Origin: Candidatus Yonathbacteria bacterium RIFOXYC2_FULL_47_9
Lineage (GTDB): Bacteria; Patescibacteriota; Minisyncoccia; Phycocordibacterales; UBA1550
DNA length: 39,701 nt
Direction: 5' to 3'
Assembly: GCA_001825115.1 (NCBI GenBank)
Contig: MHUY01000016.1
Coordinates: forward strand, 13,792 to 53,492
Below the pieces are notes generated by a model. That model made no database searches. It was not told the origin of the DNA and worked only from the letters and a program-made list of their open reading frames with translations. Positions 26,361 through 33,473 of this stretch are shown here, one piece after another; positions within the stretch are counted from its first letter, which is position 1, and every line of letters begins with the position of its first letter. The translations under genes and the position numbers were made by a program.

Positions 26361-28502
26361 TCAAGCATCAGCATCTTGTCCCATCTGCTTCTCAAAAGCT
26401 TGCCTAACCAACCCCATTACGTAAGGTAGTTCCTCCATCTTTGAAAGACTAACTTCAACATCGCCATTACCCCAGCGACCAAGCGTTGAGACGTCTTTAC
26501 ACATTCCTTTTGGATCATCGACGTCAGCAAACTCAACATTCAATGAGAGTCGTAAGCGTTTTGCTTGAGGAACTACATCAACAAAATTAGTATCTGCTTT
26601 GTACGCAACATACAACTTCAGGAATGTTTCCGTAACACAGGGGTCGAGGGTAAGCACTTCCTTTCGGAAGGCCTCAAAAAGATTTCTCACCTCATCCCCA
26701 TACATTTCACTGCCTTTTGCCAAATAAGGATGGTCATCGATGGAGTATTCTGTCTTGATTTCAACTTTTGGATAATATTCGTCTAGGATTTCTTGAGGTA
26801 GTACCGGGGCCTGCCAAACACCAACCGCTATACCAGCAAGCTTACTAGCACGGGCTTTAATTGTGGCCTCATTCCATGATTCTAATGCCCCAAGTCCAAT
26901 ATTAAGCTTTAAGGGGCTTTGCTTTAATCCCTTCTCTGGAGCATTTGGCATGTCACGCTTATCTGCAAAAGGACGATCACTGTATTCAGAATTATATGCG
27001 GTGAGAGTTAAGTTACCGAGTGTGTGCAGCCATGTTTGTTGAACCCGTTGCCATTCTCCGCCTAGGGCATCAATCCATTCAGGTGAAAGATTTTTGTTTT
27101 GTGGCATGAGATGCTCAATAGTAAACTCATTTACTATTGCTCGTTCTTGGCGACCATGATTCTCCAGGCGACGCAGCCAGTAGCTACAACTACGGAAGTT
27201 GTAGAGATCGCGTGTTTGTAAGTCTCGGTGGAATTCTTCGTCTGTAGGAAATCGATGGAATGTTTGTAGCCCGAGAAAATGCGCTTGAATGCTTTCGAAA
27301 TACCGGTCCTTTCTCAGAGCCTTAGCAAACGATGCAAATGTCTTATTCATTGAGTTGGTTGGGATGGCACATATTGCACGGCGAAATACGTACGCCTCAA
27401 TCAACCGCACGCTCGCCAGCAAGTCTGACTTGGATAACATGCCTGCTTTGTAGTCATGGTACAACTCCAATAGAAACGGGTAGGCTACATCAACTTTTAG
27501 TTCCCTTAAGTCCTGGAAGGCAAGCTTCAGGTCGGCATCTGGCTCAGCGCCTAACGCCATTGTACAAAAATACCGTGCATAGTCACGTATATCACGAGTC
27601 AAATCTTCTACATGACTTTCATCATTAGTGGCATTTATTCTTGAAACTCGAGCATGTTCCTTGAAAGCATCGTAAACAGCATTAATATTAGGAATCTCCC
27701 TTGTTTTAACAGTAAGGTAGTGACGCATAAAAGCATCAAAGTGTGTACCATAGGCTTCCTGCCCAAAAGCAACTTCCATTGGCCTCCAGTACTGTTCATA
27801 GAGCCGAGTCTGAAGCTCTGGCTCGAGTCCCATTAAGATATAATTACGGATTAAATCAGCCTCACTCAATTCCTTACCAAGTGAGTTCATGCTCTCGAAA
27901 ATAAGCTGTGGGTTATCCTCCCCACGCTTGAGCTTGACGTCTACCATCAAAAGCTTTGCGAGTCCTTTGCAGACTACAGATAAGTCTCCTTTTTGACTTG
28001 AAATCAAGTCCTCGAACAATTTGAAGTTCTGCGTAATTCGTAGTGAATACTCGCTGGGTTGGTCTTGATTACCTATAATCGCAACAAGTGAGGTCTTATC
28101 GGTCTGCGAGAGAATTAATTTGAAGTATCGTTCTCCTTGTTCTAGTCGGTTGCATAAGTAATATTCACGTATCATCTCTGCGGAAAAACCTTCTATTAAA
28201 CTGGTCGAATCCTCTACCTTAGACAAAGCTGCCAGGAGTAACGTCACGGTAGTCAGACGCTGTTGCCCATCAATCACGAGTAATGGTTCCCACATTGCCA
28301 CATTAGCATCAGCCCTATCAATATAGACAACAGAACCAATAAAATGCACTACAATGTTGTCGTCGGCACCAGCTCGGAGGATATCATCCCAAAGCTGAAG
28401 ACATTCCTTCTCAGTCCAACAGTATGTACGCTGGTAAATAGGGATAACAAACTGAGGAGCATTCTTCAGGAAATTAAGGAGTTTTGTTTCAGATGCTTTC
28501 AT
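26361..28502 (-). CDS. GmrSD-like type IV (modification-dependent) restriction enzyme: DUF262 plus DUF1524 plus C-terminal extension
   Basis: DUF262 motifs are IPIYQRTYCW and DGQQRLTT. The DUF1524 His-Me finger block is FTIEHLMPQN...LGNLTLTAYNSEYSDRPFADK. There are an extra ~150 aa at the C-terminus. Confidence 0.85.
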   Translation of the reverse strand: MKASETKLLNFLKNAPQFVIPIYQRTYCWTEKECLQLWDDILRAGADDNIVVHFIGSVVYIDRADANVAMWEPLLVIDGQQRLTTVTLLLAALSKVEDSTSLIEGFSAEMIREYYLCNRLEQGERYFKLILSQTDKTSLVAIIGNQDQPSEYSLRITQNFKLFEDLISSQKGDLSVVCKGLAKLLMVDVKLKRGEDNPQLIFESMNSLGKELSEADLIRNYILMGLEPELQTRLYEQYWRPMEVAFGQEAYGTHFDAFMRHYLTVKTREIPNINAVYDAFKEHARVSRINATNDESHVEDLTRDIRDYARYFCTMALGAEPDADLKLAFQDLRELKVDVAYPFLLELYHDYKAGMLSKSDLLASVRLIEAYVFRRAICAIPTNSMNKTFASFAKALRKDRYFESIQAHFLGLQTFHRFPTDEEFHRDLQTRDLYNFRSCSYWLRRLENHGRQERAIVNEFTIEHLMPQNKNLSPEWIDALGGEWQRVQQTWLHTLGNLTLTAYNSEYSDRPFADKRDMPNAPEKGLKQSPLKLNIGLGALESWNEATIKARASKLAGIAVGVWQAPVLPQEILDEYYPKVEIKTEYSIDDHPYLAKGSEMYGDEVRNLFEAFRKEVLTLDPCVTETFLKLYVAYKADTNFVDVVPQAKRLRLSLNVEFADVDDPKGMCKDVSTLGRWGNGDVEVSLSKMEELPYVMGLVRQAFEKQMGQDADA

Positions 28503-28926
28503 GTGATTCTATGGTAGTAAGATTGTACAACGAAACTATATTTTTCACTATTGTTATCTTCTTTTTCCAATACCATACATAGAGGTAGAAATTCAGTACA
28601 GTTACTGTTGCGTGATAGCCTCGCGGACATCGTCCCGAATGCGAAGTAAAAAAAGTCTTGACTAAAAGGTGCTTGAGCCCTTAACCTACATATAATATTC
28701 CTCTGACTTGTTATCTTCATTCAAACACGATTCGTCAGTTCCGTTATCTATTCTCCTCTGACGAAGGATTTCTTCCTGTTCTCTATCCTCATCTCCATAC
28801 TTCTCATCTTCCAATTCACGTATTATTGCATTTAGTTTGTCGTCTACATCTTTTATTGCTTCTTCATTTCCACCTAGCCCCAGAAGTGGTGCCCGCTTAG
28901 CATTTAGAGTATGGCTACTGCAAGAA

Positions 28927-29433
28927 TTAGTTTTTAATAACCTCCTCAGTCATGGATAATATTTTTTTGAAAAATTCTAACCTCTCTTCTTCTGAGTCTA
29001 TTTGGCATAAAAATGACTGGAAGGTGTATACAAGAAATGCAATAATCTCATCGTTACTTAAATCGCCTGATGAAAGTACTTCTACACTCCTCTCTTTTTC
29101 TGCGTAGATGCACAGACAAAATTTATTTTTAAACAAAAGCAATAAATTTTCTAAATTTCGTTGGGTATTGTTTTCTTGAAAAATCTTTTTAACAAAAAAA
29201 CCGAGAAAATCCTTCCTGACACGAACATCCTCGCCCGCTTTTCTGGCGAAGTATCCGACAATGAGCGACAGACCAAATAATACTAATTGCTGCTGGTGCT
29301 CACTATTTTCATCCCATGAACATAGGTATCCTGAATTTTTATCAGAACCAATGGAAATAAAAAAGTAGTCATTTTCATTATTTATTAAGCTAGATTGTTT
29401 TTCTCTTGCTGAATTTAATTTATCTAAATGCAT
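28927..29433 (-). CDS. Hypothetical protein, possibly truncated by a frameshift (see findings)
   Basis: A 168-aa ORF. An 87-codon start-less open frame continues downstream in the +1 frame. Confidence 0.45.
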   Translation of the reverse strand: MHLDKLNSAREKQSSLINNENDYFFISIGSDKNSGYLCSWDENSEHQQQLVLFGLSLIVGYFARKAGEDVRVRKDFLGFFVKKIFQENNTQRNLENLLLLFKNKFCLCIYAEKERSVEVLSSGDLSNDEIIAFLVYTFQSFLCQIDSEEERLEFFKKILSMTEEVIKN

Positions 29434-29477
29434 ATTCTAGTGTAGTTATAGCGGTTTTTTATTAGCAATAATTATTT

Positions 29478-30326
29478 TTACTCACAAAATACCACCTCCT
29501 CTGTTGGTATCCCTAAATTCTCTGCAAACCACATGCGAGCAGCTTCTTGGTCGCCAAGAGCGTCGATGAGTTTGTTTTGAAGGGCAAGAGTTCCTGCCAT
29601 GGATGAACCGTCAGCAAGTTTTGCAACTTGTTCAATAGGTAGATTCCTGTTTTCTGCAACTTCTTTTACAAACTGCTCATGAAAGATTTTTAGATCCCTT
29701 TCAATTAACGCTCGTTCTGCTTGAGTAAGTGACTTATCAGGATTGCCATAATCCTTAAATTGAGCGGATGCCAATGGCACATACCGCAGACCATCCTTAA
29801 TGTTTTTTGCCGTGTTGTCCAAGTAAGACATCGTTATGCCGATACTGCCGACATCAGAGAATGCTGAGGCAATGATTGTGTCTGCTCCTGTTGCCGCAAG
29901 ATACGCACCAGAGGCCCCCGTCTCACGAATAAGCGCAACAGTTGGTAGCGATAGCCCTTTGATTTCATTCGCAATAATCTCCGAAGCAACCGGCACCCCA
30001 CCAGCGGAATCAATGGGTACAAGAACACCATGGATATTAGGGTCGTTTTCAGCCATACGAAGGGCAGCGAGCACATCGTCTGGGTTAGTAGATGGTGGCG
30101 GCGTAGCTCCACTACCATCCTCATTGGCACCACGATAAGGGATAATGTCTCCGACTATCGGTATCACTGCAATATTGCACGAGCCATCACTAACTGCATT
30201 TATCGCGTTATAGCCACTCCATTCGTCGTGCCAATTACCAAAAACCCATAGCCCGCTGGCAAAAACAAGAGTGCCCGCAGCGGACCATAATGCAATAGTT
30301 CTGATTTCTTGCTGGAGGGTTTTCAT
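29478..30326 (-). CDS. sppA: Signal peptide peptidase SppA (S49 family, 36K type)
   Basis: It has an N-terminal TM helix and S49 blocks VLVPIDSAGG and ETGASGAYLAATGADTIIA. The ORF-track start at 30374 is TTG. The ATG at 30326 (MKTLQQEIRTIALW) is preferred. Confidence 0.85.
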   Translation of the reverse strand: MKTLQQEIRTIALWSAAGTLVFASGLWVFGNWHDEWSGYNAINAVSDGSCNIAVIPIVGDIIPYRGANEDGSGATPPPSTNPDDVLAALRMAENDPNIHGVLVPIDSAGGVPVASEIIANEIKGLSLPTVALIRETGASGAYLAATGADTIIASAFSDVGSIGITMSYLDNTAKNIKDGLRYVPLASAQFKDYGNPDKSLTQAERALIERDLKIFHEQFVKEVAENRNLPIEQVAKLADGSSMAGTLALQNKLIDALGDQEAARMWFAENLGIPTEEVVFCE

Positions 30327-30370
30327 GCGAGGATTATACCATAATACTCGCTGTCTATTTACTATACTCG

Positions 30371-30475
30371 TCAATTATCACCCTTTGAACTTCATCCCAG
30401 GTGCGGAGCCAGCAAAATCACCCATATTTATATGGGTGATTTTCTTTACCACACTTAGGAGATCGAACCTACGGC
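30371..30475. repeat. tRNA-Asn 3'-half-like palindromic intergenic repeat, copy A
   Basis: The copy is 105 nt and has 9 mismatches to copy B by hand alignment. Its core is GAACTTCATCCCAGGTGCGGAGC (30387-30409). The central hairpin is AAAATCACCCATA/TATGGGTGATTTT (30414-30443). On the minus strand, 30461-30473 reads CGTAGGTTCGATC, identical to tRNA-Asn 7403-7415. Confidence 0.8.
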
Positions 30476-30488
30476 CGAATACTTTTCC

Positions 30489-31235
30489 CTACTTTGAATA
30501 TATAGCTAATTTTTGAGAAAAATCTTCTTCGAGTTCTTCAATACTCTTTCCTGTATGCTTTTGGTATTTCTTACGTATGGTCTCAGCGGTTTCTTCGCGA
30601 GTACATTCTGTATATAATTTCTTAAATACTTCTAATCCAAAAGTTTCTATAAGGTATTTAATCCATTCGCCCGCAAGCGCATAAAAATAAACCGCACCAT
30701 CCTGAGGAGTATCCAGCCAATCCTTTTCGGTAAGTATTTTTGATGGACTTAATTCATAGCCCTTAGCAATACCTTCTCTGACACACTCATCATGTGGCTC
30801 GCCATACCAATTGTGTCCCACCATATACTCTGCCAACCCCTCCTGTAGAAAATTAATTGAGATTCCCCAAGGAAGTGTCAGCAGATGAGTATCTTCATGT
30901 TCACCAATAGGCTTATCCTGTAGTGTGTATAAAACGTGAATACAAAATTCACCATAAATTGATTGTGCAAACCAATCATCTCCCATTAGTTCCGTTTTGA
31001 GTTCTGGGGTTGGATAAAAATAATATGTTATTTTCTGACCTAAGACAGGTACCTTGAGCTCGGTCACTATTTTTTGGAATGCTTGCTCTTGACGTTCTTT
31101 AATATGTTCGATATCTTTTTCTGCTTCAGAACCCTTAGTATAATAGAAAATATAATGTTCGGTTTCGACAGTAAGCCACCCCGAATACTCCTGAAATGTG
31201 TGGGAATAAGTTGGAAGATATTGTTTGTATTTCAT
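30489..31235 (-). CDS. Peptidase-MA-like zinc metalloprotease-domain protein
   Basis: An HExxH motif (GEHEDTHLL) is followed about 20 aa later by EGLAEY. That is the gluzincin arrangement seen in Peptidase_MA_2-type proteins. Confidence 0.6.
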   Translation of the reverse strand: MKYKQYLPTYSHTFQEYSGWLTVETEHYIFYYTKGSEAEKDIEHIKERQEQAFQKIVTELKVPVLGQKITYYFYPTPELKTELMGDDWFAQSIYGEFCIHVLYTLQDKPIGEHEDTHLLTLPWGISINFLQEGLAEYMVGHNWYGEPHDECVREGIAKGYELSPSKILTEKDWLDTPQDGAVYFYALAGEWIKYLIETFGLEVFKKLYTECTREETAETIRKKYQKHTGKSIEELEEDFSQKLAIYSK

Positions 31236-31280
31236 AAAAGGAAAGGTGGCTCTTAGAAGTTCAAGCCCCCCTTGACACTA

Positions 31281-31308
31281 TTGACATTAGCAAAGGGGTT
31301 GCTATAAT
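31281..31308 (+). promoter_or_regulatory. Near-consensus sigma70 promoter pointing antisense into the NYN gene
   Basis: TTGACA (31281-31286, with a second TTGACA at 31272-31277), a 16-nt spacer, then TGcTATAAT (hexamer 31303-31308). Confidence 0.45.
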
Positions 31309-31333
31309 ATGCATATCACTACGAAAGAGACCC

Positions 31334-31852
31334 TTATGCAGATACGTCTGCATCGGGGGCTTTTTCTTTTTGTCTCTCCGTAGAAAACTTATGGTAATGT
31401 TCATTCAAAAAAGTTATCTCTGTATTCTTATTTTTTAACAAGATAGAGCATTTCTTTTCGTCAGGAGAAACAACGCAATCAATCGCTTTGCTATTTTGCA
31501 AAAACTCCACCAAGCACCCGAAGTCACCATCTCCTGTTACCAAGATGCAGGAAGTAAATGCTTTTGTATAAAAATCTGATACGGTTTTAAGAACGAGCTC
31601 GGCATCACAATTACCTTTTATTGTTCCTCCAAATGATACCGTTTGCTTGAAGACAAGAATGAAGCCACATTCCTGGAGATGTTCATAGAATGATGTCCTG
31701 CTGGGCACAAGACCGATAAAAAGGTAGACGTTCGCAGGGCTGTATTTTTGACGGAGCCACCCACGAAACTTTTTATAATCTATTTCAAAACCTAGCTCTT
31801 TTGCAGAGCGATAAAGATTATTCCCATCGATGTAGATGTTTACTTTATTCAT
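31334..31852 (-). CDS. NYN-domain (LabA/DUF88-like, PIN-related) protein
   Basis: VNIYIDGNNLY near the N-terminus and LVTGDGDFGCLVEFL are the characteristic acidic NYN motifs. Confidence 0.8.
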   Translation of the reverse strand: MNKVNIYIDGNNLYRSAKELGFEIDYKKFRGWLRQKYSPANVYLFIGLVPSRTSFYEHLQECGFILVFKQTVSFGGTIKGNCDAELVLKTVSDFYTKAFTSCILVTGDGDFGCLVEFLQNSKAIDCVVSPDEKKCSILLKNKNTEITFLNEHYHKFSTERQKEKAPDADVSA

Positions 31853-31888
31853 AAAACTATTCTAACACACAAAATTTAATTGTTTTCC

Positions 31889-31993
31889 TCAATTATTACC
31901 CTCTGAACTTCATCCCAGGTGCGGAGCCAGCAAAATTACCCATATTTATATGGGTAATTTTTGTTACGACACTTAGGAGCTCGAACCTAAGGC
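31889..31993. repeat. tRNA-Asn 3'-half-like palindromic intergenic repeat, copy B
   Basis: The core is at 31905-31927. The hairpin is AAAATTACCCATA/TATGGGTAATTTT (31932-31961). The two hairpin differences from copy A (C to T, G to A) are compensatory. The T-arm-like CTTAGG-AGCTCGAA-CCTAAG is at 31972-31991. Confidence 0.8.
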
Positions 31994-32015
31994 GTGACTG
32001 CGATTCTACGACATA

Positions 32016-32044
32016 TTGCCTTATTCCTAAAACTAACCTAAAAT
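32016..32044 (+). promoter_or_regulatory. Candidate promoter giving a near-leaderless transcript for ORF 32054
   Basis: TTGCCT (32016-32021), a 17-nt spacer, then TAAAAT (32039-32044). The ATG at 32054 is only 9 nt past the -10 hexamer. Confidence 0.35.
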
Positions 32045-32053
32045 GTACATACT

Positions 32054-32662
32054 ATGAAATCAGGAACACTATTGCTTACCTCGATAGGACTATCTTCGCC
32101 AAATGTACTCAGTAGATTTCTTGAGATAGTTGGGGACACAAAGAATAAGCAGGTGGCGATTATCACGACTGCAGCCGAGGGGAAAGAAGTCAATAAGTAT
32201 TCTCAACTAGCCCACAAGCAGTTTGTAGACTTAGGCTTTTCAGGCGTAGATTTTGTTGACCTAGAAGCAGATCCGACGAAAGACCTTTCCCCATACGGTG
32301 TTATTTATGTTTGTGGTGGTAACACTTTTAAACTCCTTAAGTTTGCTCTAACAGCAAACTTTAAAAATTCCGTTGAATCATTGCTAAAAATGGGAGGTGT
32401 ATATATTGGCGTAAGCGCTGGAAGTATCATTGTTGGTCCATCGGTGAAAATTGCTGATGAAGTTCAGCCCGATCCCAACGAGGTTGGTATTAGTGATTTT
32501 TCAGGGCTTGGTATAATCAAAGAAATAGTCCTGCCACATTATTCTCCTGAGATTGAAGAGCAGGTAAAGATATTCGAAAATAAACACAATGTTATCATTG
32601 ATAGAATAGACAATTCCCAAGCTATTTTGGTGCAAGAAGGATATAAAACAATTATTGAATAA
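32054..32662 (+). CDS. Peptidase S51 (peptidase E-like) family protein
   Basis: VCGGNTFKLL and the nucleophile elbow GVSAGSII, plus a downstream LPHY, fit the S51 Ser-His layout. Confidence 0.75.
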   Translation: MKSGTLLLTSIGLSSPNVLSRFLEIVGDTKNKQVAIITTAAEGKEVNKYSQLAHKQFVDLGFSGVDFVDLEADPTKDLSPYGVIYVCGGNTFKLLKFALTANFKNSVESLLKMGGVYIGVSAGSIIVGPSVKIADEVQPDPNEVGISDFSGLGIIKEIVLPHYSPEIEEQVKIFENKHNVIIDRIDNSQAILVQEGYKTIIE

Positions 32663-32666
32663 AAAA

Positions 32667-32694
32667 ATAGAGGCATACAAAAGTATGCCTCTAT
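32667..32694. terminator. Bidirectional hairpin between convergent genes
   Basis: ATAGAGGCATAC, an AAAA loop, then GTATGCCTCTAT form a perfect 12-bp stem. It is preceded by an A-run and contains the stop codon of ORF 32691..33473. Confidence 0.6.
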
Positions 32695-33473
32695 AAAGCT
32701 AACAACTTACTAATTTCACTGATAATCACACTCACTTCTTCCATATCTTTTGGTGTGAACCGTGAAAGACGGAGAGCGAGCTTATATACAGGTAAACTGG
32801 AAGACTCAAGGAGGTGTGCCTGCTCAGCAAGCGATCTAAATCCTCGGAAATAGCAACGACTCCGAGCAAACGCGAGCCTGGTCAGCGAAGCCGTGATATC
32901 TGAGATGCATAAATTAAACTCAATCGAGCCCACACTTTCGTGAAGTTTCCCGAGTGTATTTAATTTCTGTTTAATCTCTTCTACACATAGTTCGCTGATT
33001 CCCTGTGAAAGCGATAGTGGGTATGGGATAATCAACTCCTTAATTTTGGAATGAATCCTTTTTGGATCATGCAGAGATTCTGCCGTGGCAAGATCCCCAC
33101 ACAACGCTTCAGGAACCCAATATCCAGTAGCCCAAGAACGATGTTGTCCATCGAGATCTTTCCTTTCTGTCCATTTTTGAATTTGTCCGACAAGCACAGA
33201 GGAGTTGCATACCGCAACCCCACCGCAACCTGTCGGTAACTCAAAACGAACACTATCATCACACACGGATAAATTTCCATTAGGCAAACAGTCTTTCAAG
33301 ATAGACTCGATAGTGGGGCCATATTTGTAAATATCCCCACCATCACATCCCACCAATAGATCAACGTGATTTTTTGGCAAATTCCTGTTTAACCCAACTA
33401 GCAAAAGTATTTCCATTCCTTGCATGTTGCGTAGTGCATGAGATAGCTCCGAAACAATCTGGCCTTTTTTCAT
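32691..33473 (-). CDS. Unknown protein, last gene of the AlaRS-like/radical SAM operon (nucleotidyltransferase fold only a weak guess)
   Basis: A 260-aa ORF. Its start overlaps the upstream stop as ATGA, preceded by AAAGGAG. LLLVGLNRNLPKNHVDLLVGCDGGD vaguely resembles an hG[GS]...D-x-D nucleotidyltransferase segment, but the motif is degenerate. Confidence 0.6.
   Translation of the reverse strand: MKKGQIVSELSHALRNMQGMEILLLVGLNRNLPKNHVDLLVGCDGGDIYKYGPTIESILKDCLPNGNLSVCDDSVRFELPTGCGGVAVCNSSVLVGQIQKWTERKDLDGQHRSWATGYWVPEALCGDLATAESLHDPKRIHSKIKELIIPYPLSLSQGISELCVEEIKQKLNTLGKLHESVGSIEFNLCISDITASLTRLAFARSRCYFRGFRSLAEQAHLLESSSLPVYKLALRLSRFTPKDMEEVSVIISEISKLLAL

Larger units (their letters stand above)
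7429..30386. mobile_element. Candidate integrated element next to tRNA-Asn (serine recombinase, TerS-like, HTH, R-M cargo); right boundary uncertain
   Basis: The region starts at the tRNA 3' end with the recombinase gene. It is visibly more AT-rich than 1-7.3 kb. The first tRNA-3'-like direct repeat occurs at 30387-30409. The true boundary could instead be at a later repeat (31.9, 37.8 or 38.6 kb). Confidence 0.4.

Noticed and set aside
28499-28720. A 73-aa minus-strand ORF abuts the GmrSD-like gene.
   Set aside because: It overlaps the GmrSD-like start codon and has odd composition. It lies in what is more likely the promoter or leader of that gene, and it competes with the better-supported start-less frame described in the findings.
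30387-30413. CCCAGGTGCGGAGCCAGCA looked a little like the SRP (4.5S) RNA helix 8 region (CCAGGUCAGGUCCGGAAGGAAGCAGCC).
   Set aside because: There is no GNRA-capped helix and no matching 3' strand. The motif occurs three times within 8 kb, which fits a repeat rather than a single-copy SRP RNA gene.
30371-30475. I considered a circularly permuted or split tRNA on the minus strand. CCGCAC in the 5'-like part can pair with GTGTGG after the T-arm-like part, giving a G:U at the third pair that recalls the AlaRS G3:U70 identity element.
   Set aside because: The pairing is only 6 bp in copy A and is broken by a C-C mismatch in copy B. The T-arm-like stem has an 8-nt loop, and there is no D arm or anticodon arm. 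It is most likely coincidence within a decayed tRNA-derived repeat.
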